Source: an uncultured bacterium (lineage in GTDB: Bacteria; Verrucomicrobiota; Verrucomicrobiia; Verrucomicrobiales; DEV007). From it: a DNA stretch of 64,000 nucleotides. The DNA lies in contig CAXBMO010000009.1 in the NCBI GenBank assembly GCA_963977015.1, forward strand, positions 64,001 through 128,000. The letters run 5' to 3'. A model generated the notes under the pieces. It searched no databases. It saw only the letters and a list, made by a program, of their open reading frames with translations, and was not told the origin of the DNA. Both the position numbers and the translations under genes were made by a program. Position 1 is the stretch's first letter. Each line of letters starts with the position of its first letter. Shown piece by piece: positions 28,559-38,456 of this stretch.

Positions 28559-30303
28559 ACGAAATCCACCAAAAGCAGCTTCCCGGATCCCGATTGCTCG
28601 ATGCGTCGACCGCCCAATTCCGGGTTTGGGCTCCGCGACGCAAAACCGTGGAAGTCGAAATTATTCGCGACAACAGCCTCGAACATCATCCCCTGACACG
28701 CTGCGAAGACGGGTTCTTCACCGGTGAAGTGAAGGGCGCGAAGGCGGGCGAACGCTATCGCTATCGACTGGACGGCGACGTGTCGCGCCCGGATCCGACG
28801 TCGCGATTCCAGCCGGAAGGCGTTCACGGGCCATCGCAATTGATCGACGAAAACGCCTATCGCTGGCGTGATGCGAAGTGGAAAGGCCTGCAACGCGACG
28901 ACCTCGTGATCTACGAAATCCACGTCGGCACGTTTTCCAACGAAGGAACATTCCCGGCAGCGAGCAAGCGACTGGATGAGTTGATCGAGTTGGGCATCAA
29001 CACCGTGGAGATCATGCCGGTCGCGCAAACTCCCGGCCGTTGGAACTGGGGCTACGATGGCGTCAACCTGTTCGCCCCGGCCTGTGCCTATGGTCCGCCC
29101 GATGCGCTCAAGGCCTTTGTCGATGATTGTCATCAACGCGGCCTGGCCGTGCTGCTTGACGTCGTCTACAACCACATCGGCCCGGAGGGAAACTACCTTG
29201 CGGAATACGGCCCCTATTTCTCGAAACGGCATCGCACGCCCTGGGGCGAGGCGTTCAAATTTGACGAAAAGAACGCCGGACCGGTTCGCGATTTCATCGT
29301 CGGGAACGCGGTTTACTGGTTGGAAGAATTCCACCTCGACGGGCTGCGCCTCGACGCGATTCGGCTGATGTTCGACGATAGCCCGACGCCGATCGTTCGT
29401 GAAATCGCCACCGCCGTCGATCAAATCCGAAAAGCCACCGGGCGCACCATCCATCTAATCGGGGAAACCAACGTTTACGATAATGAACTGCTCGAAGCGG
29501 GATATGACGCGGTTTGGAGCGACGAAATTCCGCACGGAATTCAAAGCATCGTGATTGATCAGCACGAAGTGGCGGGGCGCAATTACTCCGGCCCGGACGC
29601 GTTGACCGATTGCCTTCGCGAAGGCTTTCTTTACGAATATCGCGACGGCAGGATTCATCGCAAAGAGACTGCCGCGAATGCTCAGCTATCGCGAATCGTT
29701 CAGGGACTGCAGACCCACGATCAGGTCGGAAATCATCCCAGCGGCTTGCGCATCAATGCCCTGGCCGGGCCCGACGCGCAGAAGGCGGCCGTGGCCCTCA
29801 CGCTCCTGCATCCCGCGATTCCCTTTCTCTTCATGGGCGAGGAATTCGCGACAACGCCGTTCTGCTTTTTCGTCGATTACGGCGATGAACGACTGCGCAA
29901 AGCGGTCGTGGCCGGGCGGAAACGTGACTACGCGCACCAAAACTGGAAAGAGTTCGTCTCACCGGTTTCAGAGGAGGCGTTTTTGCGCTCCAAGCTGCCA
30001 TCGTGTGAGGACGGCGATTCGAGCCTGCGCGAGTGGTATCGGGCCTTGCTCGGCATTCGCGAGGAATGGCGAAACGCGGGTTGGTTGAACGCGGAAAACC
30101 TCACCGTTCACCATGATCCAGAGCATCAGCTCCATCAGTTGTCCTACGGTCCGGTCTGGGTCGCGGCTCGACTCAACTCGCCAAACGATTCCGCCGATCA
30201 ACCGATCCCGATTCCAAACGCGGGAGAGGTTCTGCTTCATTCCGCGCCAGGCTCGGGAAGCGAACTTCGCCCCAATCAAGCTGCCGTTGGGAGAACCGGT
30301 TAA
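28555..30303 (+). CDS. treZ: Malto-oligosyltrehalose trehalohydrolase-like GH13 enzyme
   Basis: FRVWAP, PDPTSRFQPEGVHGPS, YEIHVGTF, WGYDGV, DVVYNH, GLRLDA, THDQVGN, FMGEEF. Confidence 0.85.
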   Translation: MNEIHQKQLPGSRLLDASTAQFRVWAPRRKTVEVEIIRDNSLEHHPLTRCEDGFFTGEVKGAKAGERYRYRLDGDVSRPDPTSRFQPEGVHGPSQLIDENAYRWRDAKWKGLQRDDLVIYEIHVGTFSNEGTFPAASKRLDELIELGINTVEIMPVAQTPGRWNWGYDGVNLFAPACAYGPPDALKAFVDDCHQRGLAVLLDVVYNHIGPEGNYLAEYGPYFSKRHRTPWGEAFKFDEKNAGPVRDFIVGNAVYWLEEFHLDGLRLDAIRLMFDDSPTPIVREIATAVDQIRKATGRTIHLIGETNVYDNELLEAGYDAVWSDEIPHGIQSIVIDQHEVAGRNYSGPDALTDCLREGFLYEYRDGRIHRKETAANAQLSRIVQGLQTHDQVGNHPSGLRINALAGPDAQKAAVALTLLHPAIPFLFMGEEFATTPFCFFVDYGDERLRKAVVAGRKRDYAHQNWKEFVSPVSEEAFLRSKLPSCEDGDSSLREWYRALLGIREEWRNAGWLNAENLTVHHDPEHQLHQLSYGPVWVAARLNSPNDSADQPIPIPNAGEVLLHSAPGSGSELRPNQAAVGRTG

Positions 30304-33300
30304 CGCTTGGTGTAACTTTCGTCGAAGTTCATCAAGGTTGAAATCAGCACCGTGGTCGCCGCAAGCCGCCCGGGCGGATGATTCCCGGCCGACGGCCTGG
30401 CGCCTGCTTTCAGAAACTCAGCCGCCTGGTTGGGATTCGCGGTGAACACCGCCAATTGCTCGTGCACCAGCGACGCGAGAATTTCGTGCTCGCGCGGTTC
30501 GGGATGCCGACTCGTCATCAGCCGAAATGCGTGCCGAATCAGTGAACTCTCGTCATCGCCGTGTTCATCCAGCAACCGCTCGGCCGTGACACGCGCGGCC
30601 TCGACAAATTGCGGCCCATTCAGCAGCACCAGACTTTGCAAGGGCGAAGCCGTTTTCTCGCGTTTCACCGTGCAAACATCGCGCTTGCTCGCGTCGAGCG
30701 TCATCATGACCGGGGCGGGCGCGGTGCGTTTCCAAAACGTGTAGACACTGCGGCGATAGAGATTTTCGCCCGTGTCCGGCTTCATCGGCTTGAATGAAAC
30801 TTCAAGGTCGTAGGGTTTCACGGAAGGACCGCCAATCTTTGAGGAAAGCAGACCACTCACGGCGAGCGCATTGTCGCGAATCATTTCCGCCGGAAGACGA
30901 TCGCTCGGGCTTCGCGCAAGCAGCAGATTCTCCGGATCCTTCTCGCGCATTTGCGGCGATACCCGTGAATCCTGACGATAGGTGGCGGAAAGCGCGATTT
31001 GCCTGAGTAAATGATGGAGGTCCCAACCATGGGCGATGAAATCGCGGGACAACCAATCGAGCAATTGGGGATGGGACGGAGGTTTGCCCTGACTGCCAAA
31101 GTCTTCCGAGGTCGAAACCAGACCACGACCGAACATGAGTTGCCAATAGCGGTTCACGGTAACGCGCGTCGTAAGCGGGTGAGCTGGATCGGTCAGCCAC
31201 TTCGCGAGTCCAAGCCGGTTGGGCGGCAGTTCCGGATCCATTTCGGGAAGCACTTTCGGCGTAGCGGCGCTGACGGGTTCGCCGCGTTTCGAGTATTCGC
31301 CGCGTTCGAGGACAAAGGTGGGGCGATTTCCCGGCATCTCACGCATCACCATGATCTCGGGAATCGACTTGGCGATTTGGCTGCGTCTTTCGCGCGCCTT
31401 TTGGAGTTGCGGCGAATGCGATGGACGAAGATCGACCGCTTCAATTCCAGGTTTCACACCGGCAAGCGCCCCAATCTCGCCCGACGACAACAGTCCGCGG
31501 TAGACGCGAAATTCGTCCACACGTCCGTTCTTGAATCCCTTGTCTCGCATCCGCTGCCCCAATCCGACAAACGGATCACCTCCACCGGCAATCTCCCGGG
31601 TCAGATGATCGCGAACGATTTCCGTATCCGCGTTAGACCCGTTCACGAAAATCTGCAGGCCATTGGCGCGGCTCGAACCATCGTATCTCACCGCAACATG
31701 CGTCCAGGTGTTGACGGGAACAGGTTCCGTGGTCCGAACGCGAATCGCATTGCCCGGCCAAAAATGGATCAACGCCGCCGAAAGGCGACCGTCCTCGATC
31801 AAGAGCTCGTAACCACGGCTGGCCGCATCGGTCCAAGCCTTGGAACGGCGAACGACCACGGCGCGCTCTTTCACGTCCGGTGTTTGGATCCAGAGCGCGA
31901 TGGAGAAGGGTTCATCGCGGGTGAAATCTCCGACGCCTTTCGGCAAATTGACGGCATCGTCTCCTGTTAGTTGAATCGCGTTCCCAATTTTTCCCGGAAC
32001 GATTTGGTTGTTGGAATTGGTCGAAGCCGGTTGCTCCGCATTGGCCAGATTTTCAAGTTTCCCGCCTGCCAATTCCTCAAACGAGAGATGAGCAATGAGC
32101 TTGGCCGGTTCACTTGGCGGAGCATTCAAGATCTCCGCTTCGAGCATTTCAATTTCGCGCTCAACCGCTGCCAATGCGTCCTTCTGCCTCTCGGTCGGCA
32201 ACTCCAGGGTTGGCGTCGGAACCGATGAGGTGAAAAACGAGTAGAGCCCGGCCTCGTCGATGTTGTTGAAGAACGCGCTCAGCGAAAAATAGTCGCGCTG
32301 CGTGAGGGGATCATATTTGTGATCGTGACAGCGGGTGCACTCCATCGTGAGCCCGAGAAACGCCGTCCCGAACGTGTGCAGGCGATCCGACACGTATTCG
32401 ATGCGGAACTCTTCCTCGACGCTGCCGCCTTCGACCTTTTGGGGGTGGAGGCGATTGAAGCATGTCGCGAGAATCTGGTCATGCGTCGCGTTCGGAAGCA
32501 AATCGCCGGCAACCTGCCAGGTGATGAAGTCGTCGTAGGGCAGGTTCTCCCGAAACGCGCGAATCACCCAATCGCGCCATGGCCAGACGGTGCGATTGCG
32601 GTCAACCTGATAGCCGTAGGTGTCGGAATAGCGGGCGACATCGAGCCACTCGCTCGTCATGCGCTCGGCGTAGGCGTCCGAATCAAGCAACCGGTCGACC
32701 ACCGCTTCATGGGCTTTCGGAGATGGATCGGCGAGAAAGGCGTCAATCTCCGCGATCGTCGGAGGCAGGCCGGTGAGATCGAACGTGACCCGGCGCAGCC
32801 ACTTTTCCCGGCTGACTTCCGCCGATGGCTCGAACCCCGCGTTTTTCAGTTTTCGCAGGACAAAGCGATCGATGGGATTGCGAGCCCAGCCCTCCCCTTC
32901 CGCCGGTACGGAAATGGTTTCCGGAAGGGGGCGAAACGACCAATGCTGCTCATACCTGGCCCCTTCGCGAATCCACTGATCAATGACCTCGCGCTCGGCC
33001 TTGGTCAGCGTCATTTTTGCGCTGGGAGGCGGCATGATTTCATCGGGATCGTCGGTATGCAGCCGCCAATGAACTTCGCTTTTGTCGAGATTTCCGGGAA
33101 CGATTCCAAAATAGCCGCCCAAGTCCTGAGTCGCCGCATCAAAGCTATCGAGCCGGAACTCCGATTTTTGGTTCTTCGCGTCAGGACCGTGGCATTTGAA
33201 GCACTTGTCCGAGAGAATCGGGCGGACATCCTGATTGAAATCGACCTCCGCAAAGCTGTTTCCCAACAGGCAGGAAACAAGGAGAAACTGGAACGCACGA

Positions 33301-33308
33301 AGGGGCAT
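30300..33308 (-). CDS. Planctomycete cytochrome c + DUF1549 + LamG + DUF1553 protein
   Basis: CFKCH, CTRCHDH, WLRRVTFDLTGLPP, WLDVARYSD, LamG insert WTHVAVRYDGS, PSHPQLLDWL. Confidence 0.92.
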   Translation of the reverse strand: MPLRAFQFLLVSCLLGNSFAEVDFNQDVRPILSDKCFKCHGPDAKNQKSEFRLDSFDAATQDLGGYFGIVPGNLDKSEVHWRLHTDDPDEIMPPPSAKMTLTKAEREVIDQWIREGARYEQHWSFRPLPETISVPAEGEGWARNPIDRFVLRKLKNAGFEPSAEVSREKWLRRVTFDLTGLPPTIAEIDAFLADPSPKAHEAVVDRLLDSDAYAERMTSEWLDVARYSDTYGYQVDRNRTVWPWRDWVIRAFRENLPYDDFITWQVAGDLLPNATHDQILATCFNRLHPQKVEGGSVEEEFRIEYVSDRLHTFGTAFLGLTMECTRCHDHKYDPLTQRDYFSLSAFFNNIDEAGLYSFFTSSVPTPTLELPTERQKDALAAVEREIEMLEAEILNAPPSEPAKLIAHLSFEELAGGKLENLANAEQPASTNSNNQIVPGKIGNAIQLTGDDAVNLPKGVGDFTRDEPFSIALWIQTPDVKERAVVVRRSKAWTDAASRGYELLIEDGRLSAALIHFWPGNAIRVRTTEPVPVNTWTHVAVRYDGSSRANGLQIFVNGSNADTEIVRDHLTREIAGGGDPFVGLGQRMRDKGFKNGRVDEFRVYRGLLSSGEIGALAGVKPGIEAVDLRPSHSPQLQKARERRSQIAKSIPEIMVMREMPGNRPTFVLERGEYSKRGEPVSAATPKVLPEMDPELPPNRLGLAKWLTDPAHPLTTRVTVNRYWQLMFGRGLVSTSEDFGSQGKPPSHPQLLDWLSRDFIAHGWDLHHLLRQIALSATYRQDSRVSPQMREKDPENLLLARSPSDRLPAEMIRDNALAVSGLLSSKIGGPSVKPYDLEVSFKPMKPDTGENLYRRSVYTFWKRTAPAPVMMTLDASKRDVCTVKREKTASPLQSLVLLNGPQFVEAARVTAERLLDEHGDDESSLIRHAFRLMTSRHPEPREHEILASLVHEQLAVFTANPNQAAEFLKAGARPSAGNHPPGRLAATTVLISTLMNFDESYTKR

Positions 33309-33356
33309 GTGCACTAATAACTGCACAACCAGGCCGAATCTTACGCTTTTTCGCCG

Positions 33357-34085
33357 CTAACTCCCCAGATCTTCCCGCAAACTGTAACCCACCCCACGAT
33401 GCGTCGTGATTGGATCGACCGATTCATCAATCTCGCGAAGCTTGGCCCGCAAGGTTTTGATATGGGCATCGACGGTTCGATCCAGCGACGCTTCCGGCTC
33501 CTCCCAAACGTGATCCATCAGCTGATCGCGGGTGTAGACACGGCCCGGATGCTCGGCGAGCAATCGCAGGAGGCCGAATTCATAACGTGTCAGGCTGATG
33601 GCTTGACCGCGAAATCGAATCTGAAGCCGCTTCTCATCAATCGCAAACGCCGCTGAGGCGGCCTCGTCATCGACCGGGTCTGCGTTGTTGGATGAATTTC
33701 CTGACGACCGCCGCAATACGGCTCGAACCCTCGCCACCAGCTCCCGCGGGCTGAACGGTTTGACGACGTAATCATCCGCGCCCAGTTCCAGGCCGACTAC
33801 GCGATCGATTTCGCCTTCCCGCGCCGTCAGAAAGATGATCGGAATTTGAGACGACTTGCGGACTTCGCGGCACACATCGAACCCGCTGATATCCGGTAAT
33901 CCGACATCGAGCACAATCAGAGCGGGGTTCTCACTCTCAAACGCCTCGAGCCCCTCCCGTCCCGTCGGGCAATGAATCGGGCAAAAGCCTTCGGTTTGGA
34001 GCGAATACTCGATATTTTCCGCAATGGAAGGTTCGTCTTCGACGATGAGGATGGTCGGTTGCGCCACGCCCCAAGGTTGAGCCAA
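33357..34085 (-). CDS. creB: OmpR-family response regulator, CreB-like; no adjacent kinase
   Basis: ILIVEDE, LDVGLPD, FLTAR, GADDYVVKPFSPREL, winged helix RTVDAHIKTLR, THRGVGY. Confidence 0.8.
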   Translation of the reverse strand: MAQPWGVAQPTILIVEDEPSIAENIEYSLQTEGFCPIHCPTGREGLEAFESENPALIVLDVGLPDISGFDVCREVRKSSQIPIIFLTAREGEIDRVVGLELGADDYVVKPFSPRELVARVRAVLRRSSGNSSNNADPVDDEAASAAFAIDEKRLQIRFRGQAISLTRYEFGLLRLLAEHPGRVYTRDQLMDHVWEEPEASLDRTVDAHIKTLRAKLREIDESVDPITTHRGVGYSLREDLGS

Positions 34086-34169
34086 TCTCGTGCGAAAGGA
34101 AAACCGAAATTCAAGTTTGCCGTCACAAAACAGTTGCCCCCTCGCGCAACTAACCCTAACGCTTTTCGC

Positions 34170-34616
34170 GTGTCAAAACCACTCGTTCTCATTCTCTGCA
34201 CCGGGAATTCCTGCCGCTCCCAGATGGCTGAAGGTTTCCTCCGTGAAGCTGCCGGTGATGGTCTGGAAGTTGCGAGCGCCGGGTCGACCCCCAGTGGCTA
34301 TGTCCACCCCTCGGCGGTCGTCGCGATGCAGGAAGTTGGGATCGACATCTCCAGTGGCACGTCCAAGCACATGAACGAGTTTCTCGACCGAAACGTGGAA
34401 ACCATCATTACGGTTTGTGGAAATGCCGATCAGGCATGCCCGGAGTTTCCCGGCCAAATCAATCGCTATCACTGGCCTTTTGTTGATCCCGCCTACGCGG
34501 AAGGCACCGACGAAGAGAAAATGCAGGTATTTCGCCAGGTTCGAGACGAAATCCGCCAAGTTTTTACCGCATACGCACTCGGGCGGGTTGACGGTCGGCG
34601 TGAAGTAGGCCAGTAA
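34170..34616 (+). CDS. arsC: Arsenate reductase, LMW-PTP/thioredoxin type
   Basis: CTGNSCRSQMAE, SAGS, TVCGNADQACP, HWPFVDP; GTG start at 34170. Confidence 0.88.
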   Translation: MSKPLVLILCTGNSCRSQMAEGFLREAAGDGLEVASAGSTPSGYVHPSAVVAMQEVGIDISSGTSKHMNEFLDRNVETIITVCGNADQACPEFPGQINRYHWPFVDPAYAEGTDEEKMQVFRQVRDEIRQVFTAYALGRVDGRREVGQ

Positions 34617-34634
34617 CGGCATCACCAATACCGC

Positions 34635-35207
34635 GTGAAAGCCTACCAAATTTTCCAATCCCTTTCTCCAGAACTCGGAACCACGATATTCGAGGATCTG
34701 CGGGAAAATCACCGCGATGTTTACAAGAGCATCCTCGTTTCCATCGCCCAGGAAAAACGGCTGCGTCCGGTGTTCGTCCAGCGCAAACCCGTTGTTCAGC
34801 AAATCAAGTGGATGGGCGACAGCTGCAAGTTGCGCCCCTGCAACAGCGTTGCGGAACATCTTCTCCAAATCTGGCTGCTCAAGTCGCAGCAGGAAATGCT
34901 GAAGTCGTTTCTCGACGATCTCGGAATCGAGCACGATGACGAAGGCACCGCCGAAGATTTGCCGGACGAACTGGAACCCAAGAAGCTCAAGTCCGCAGTC
35001 GATGGGCTCCTTAAAAAGTACCCGAGAGAAAACGTCGCCCTTTATCTTCACGTCTTCCAACTTCAACAATCCGGCGGCTGGTCCGAGCTTTCCGATCTCC
35101 TGGAAACAGATGATCGCCTCGCATTGGGTGAAGCCAAGCCCAAGCCCGAGCCTGAGGAAGTGAAGCCAGAGGAAGCGGCCCCCGCGACCGAAGCCGCCGC
35201 TGAGTAA
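34635..35207 (+). CDS. Hypothetical protein
   Basis: Natural composition, fills the gap between genes; RLRPVFVQRK and FLDDLGIEHD segments. Confidence 0.7.
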   Translation: MKAYQIFQSLSPELGTTIFEDLRENHRDVYKSILVSIAQEKRLRPVFVQRKPVVQQIKWMGDSCKLRPCNSVAEHLLQIWLLKSQQEMLKSFLDDLGIEHDDEGTAEDLPDELEPKKLKSAVDGLLKKYPRENVALYLHVFQLQQSGGWSELSDLLETDDRLALGEAKPKPEPEEVKPEEAAPATEAAAE

Positions 35208-35249
35208 ATTCGGCTTGCGCTTGGCGAGACTCCTCCGGAACATGGAGGA

Positions 35250-35807
35250 ATGAATGCTAGGTTCGGAATCGCGATGACCGTCGCACTTTCTGCCTTGGTC
35301 GGCTGTTTCTCAGAGCCCGAGCCCGACGCATCCCCGTCTGCTCCAGACTCTCCCGCCCCTGCTCCCGTGGTAACAGAGAGCTTCCCGATTACCCGGTCCC
35401 TGGTGGACAACAAGGACCGGACGATCAAAGCTCACCTGATTGGGCGTTCTGACTCGCATGTCCGATTCTATCGGTTGGGAACATCGACCCGAGAGATCTT
35501 CACCTACCCAATCAAGAATTTGTCGGTGGAGGACCAGGTATTTCTCGCCCGGCTTCCGACAACCTTTTCCCAACCGCTCGACACCACTGAGGCTCCCACC
35601 ACGGCAGAAAGTGCCCGCGAGGTGCGATTGCGCAATCTGGATCTCGAAATCGCCCGTCAGGAGGAGAGAATTGAGGAAGTGCAACAACGCCTTCATCCCG
35701 ACATGCCGAATTCCCAGCGGAAAGCGGTCAAGAATGAGATCATCCGCAAGGTGGCGGAGCTCAAGAAACTGGAAGAGCGCAAAAAGGAAATCCTCGCTCA
35801 ACCATAA
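35250..35807 (+). CDS. Lipoprotein with SHD1-like domain and C-terminal coiled coil
   Basis: LVGC lipobox; RSLVDNKDRTIKAHLI..YPIKNLSVEDQ. Confidence 0.7.
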   Translation: MNARFGIAMTVALSALVGCFSEPEPDASPSAPDSPAPAPVVTESFPITRSLVDNKDRTIKAHLIGRSDSHVRFYRLGTSTREIFTYPIKNLSVEDQVFLARLPTTFSQPLDTTEAPTTAESAREVRLRNLDLEIARQEERIEEVQQRLHPDMPNSQRKAVKNEIIRKVAELKKLEERKKEILAQP

Positions 35808-35815
35808 TCAACCGA

Positions 35816-36430
35816 TCACGGGTTTCCGTGAATGTAGAGAAACGTTCCGTCTTTCAGCAATCCGGTGACCAACTCCAGATCCTCTTGGCGAACCGCCGGG
35901 CAACCGAGGCTGCGGCCAATCCTCGGCCCGAGACCTTCCGCGATGTTTTGCCCGATGATTTCTTCGGAAACATACCACGCGGAATGAAGCACGATTTTGC
36001 GGTGATAGGCACGATCGTTCACCCCAGATTCGAGCCCGTGGAGCTTCAGGCTTTTTCCCCAGCTGCCACGATAGGGCGAACCCACGCGATACAACCCCAG
36101 GCTGGTTTGTTTGGATCCGGAGCGATTTGAGAAATCCGTCGCGAAAATGCCCCCCGTATTCCGGCCATGCGCGCAAAAGAAGCGTTTTGCCCGGCATTCA
36201 CCCCGCTCGTAAATGTCCATCCGCTTCAGGTAAGACGGCTTCGTGAAATCAATCACGGCGAGTGTCTCGATGGATGAAACGGGAATCTTCTCCTGCGCGA
36301 TCGCAGCCCAGGCCGCATCCAAAGCGGCATAACTTGGCCGGTCCAGAGCTTGATCGTAAGAGGCGACTGCTGCCTGACCGCCGCTGAGCAGGCAATAGAG
36401 TGCGAAGACCGTATCAATTCCAAAAAACAT
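35816..36430 (-). CDS. L,D-transpeptidase catalytic domain family protein (YkuD_2)
   Basis: VIDFTKPS, CAHGRNTG, TSLGLY, LHGLE, VLHSAWY, GRSLGCPA. Confidence 0.85.
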   Translation of the reverse strand: MFFGIDTVFALYCLLSGGQAAVASYDQALDRPSYAALDAAWAAIAQEKIPVSSIETLAVIDFTKPSYLKRMDIYERGECRAKRFFCAHGRNTGGIFATDFSNRSGSKQTSLGLYRVGSPYRGSWGKSLKLHGLESGVNDRAYHRKIVLHSAWYVSEEIIGQNIAEGLGPRIGRSLGCPAVRQEDLELVTGLLKDGTFLYIHGNP

Positions 36431-36600
36431 CGGGAGGGAAGCGCGCAATTTAACACTCGCCAAACGAATACGTAAATCGGGAAAATCGCGGGAGCTGCAA
36501 CTTTGGAAGCTCAGCCCTGCTGATCTATTCAGCCGGAAAAACAGCGACGAAGTCCGAATTCCAACGTGCAAATCCCCGCCGATTCGTAAATCATCGCTCC

Positions 36601-37380
36601 ATGAAACGCGTTTTGCTCACCGGAGCCGCCGGAATCGTGGGAACCGCCTTGCGTCCGCTCTTGGCCCAACGCTATGAAACGCTCATTTCCACGGATCGCG
36701 CACCGATCACGAATCCCGCTGAAAATGAAGAGGTAACGCTCGGAGACATCGCTGATCTGGATTTCATTCGGAATTTGGCGAACGGCGTGGATGGGATCGT
36801 CCACTTGGCGGGGATGGTTGGCCCGGACTACACGTTTGACGAAGTCCTCGAACCCAACATCGTCGGAACGCACAACGTTCTGACCGCCGCACGATTCGCG
36901 AACGTGCCGAACGTCGTTTACGCGAGCAGCCATCACGCGGTGGGCTTCCTTAAACGGGGAGAGTTCATCAACCACCAGACTGCGCCGCGACCGGACAGCC
37001 AATACGGCTTGAGCAAGGCCTACGGAGAGTCGGCCGGTTCGTTCTTTGCCGACAAATACGGGCTGAATGTGATGGCGATCCGGATTGGGTTTGTCGGCGA
37101 CGAAGTGATCGACGAACGCCGCCTTCACACCTGGATCAGCCCCCGCGACCTGGCGCAACTCGTCCACATCGGCCTTTCGACGCCCAATCTCGGTTTTGAG
37201 CTGGTTTACGGAGTCTCCGACATCACAGAGCCGTTTTTCGACAACACGAACGCGGCCCGCCTTGGCTACCAGCCGCTCGACCGGGCTGTCGATCACCTCG
37301 CAGACCCGGCGATTCTTGAGGCGAAACCCGATCCCAATTCACCGGAGGGAATCTATATCGGTGGCCATTTCGCCGCCTAA
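36601..37380 (+). CDS. NAD-dependent SDR, uronate dehydrogenase-like
   Basis: LLTGAAG, IVHLAG, ASSHHAVGF, RPDSQYGLSKAYGE, IRIG, WISPRD, YGVS. Confidence 0.8.
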   Translation: MKRVLLTGAAGIVGTALRPLLAQRYETLISTDRAPITNPAENEEVTLGDIADLDFIRNLANGVDGIVHLAGMVGPDYTFDEVLEPNIVGTHNVLTAARFANVPNVVYASSHHAVGFLKRGEFINHQTAPRPDSQYGLSKAYGESAGSFFADKYGLNVMAIRIGFVGDEVIDERRLHTWISPRDLAQLVHIGLSTPNLGFELVYGVSDITEPFFDNTNAARLGYQPLDRAVDHLADPAILEAKPDPNSPEGIYIGGHFAA

Positions 37381-37382
37381 CC

Positions 37383-38456
37383 ATGAAGATCACAGCCGTA
37401 GAACCAATCGTCCTCTCGATTCCCTTTGATGCCGGAGGTTCGGGCGAAGGCATCATGCCAACGACGTGGAGCACGCTCGATTTCTGTCTGGTCCGAATCG
37501 AGACCGACTCCGGTTTGACCGGCTGGGGCGAAGGTTTCGGCTATTTCTGCAGCCAAAGCACCGCCGCGATCATCGAGCGCTCCATTGCACCGCTTCTCAT
37601 CGGTCGCGAACTGGGTGATCCTCGCGAACTCGGAGCCGAAATCCAACGGAAGCTGGTGCTGCAGGGGCGATACGGGATCACGATTTTCGCGCTTTCCGGC
37701 GTCGATCTGGCGTTGTGGGATTTGAAGGCCAAGGCGGAAGGCGTTTCGCTTGCGGAGTTGCTCGGCGGCCGGGTTCGCGAGGAGATTCCCGCCTACGCCA
37801 GCCTCGTGCGCTACGCCGACCTGGATCTCGTCGCCCAAAAATGCGAGAGCGCAGCCTCGGCTGGCTACGAAGAGATCAAGCTGCATGAAATTACGATGCC
37901 CGAAATCCGGAAGTGTCGCGAAACGATCGGGCCGGATTTGCGAATGACCGTTGATGTGAATTGCAACTGGACGCTCGATTTTACCCGCGAAGTCATTCCC
38001 GAGCTGATAGCGCTCGGCTCCCGTTGGCTCGAGGAACCGATTTTCCCGCCGGAGGATTTCCGCACCCTGGCCAAGTTGCGCGCGGAATCCGGAATGGCGA
38101 TCGCAACGGGTGAAAACGCCTGCACCGCTTTTCAGTTTGAGGAGATGCTCCGTCTGGAAGCGACTGACTATCTCCAGCCCAGCATCACGAAAGTTGGAGG
38201 CGTGAGCGAGTTTTTGAAGATTACCGAGTTGAATCGGAAGATGGCGAATCTTCCGCTCATGCCACATTCACCGTACTTTGGCCCCGGCTATCTCGCGACG
38301 CTGCAAATGGCGGCCCTCGAACCGGCGTTTGCGCAATTTGAGTATCTCTACATTGAGCCGGAAACGTGGCTTTTCCCGGATATGCCGCTGCCGGTGAACG
38401 GAAAAATCCTGATTCCGGACGGACCGGGTTTGGGCATGGATCCGATTCTGCCCTAA
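37383..38456 (+). CDS. Mandelate racemase/muconate lactonizing (enolase superfamily) enzyme
   Basis: GWGE, SGVDLALWDLKAK, IKLH, metal ligands in DVN / LEEP / GEN, QPSITKVGG, PHS. Confidence 0.88.
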   Translation: MKITAVEPIVLSIPFDAGGSGEGIMPTTWSTLDFCLVRIETDSGLTGWGEGFGYFCSQSTAAIIERSIAPLLIGRELGDPRELGAEIQRKLVLQGRYGITIFALSGVDLALWDLKAKAEGVSLAELLGGRVREEIPAYASLVRYADLDLVAQKCESAASAGYEEIKLHEITMPEIRKCRETIGPDLRMTVDVNCNWTLDFTREVIPELIALGSRWLEEPIFPPEDFRTLAKLRAESGMAIATGENACTAFQFEEMLRLEATDYLQPSITKVGGVSEFLKITELNRKMANLPLMPHSPYFGPGYLATLQMAALEPAFAQFEYLYIEPETWLFPDMPLPVNGKILIPDGPGLGMDPILP

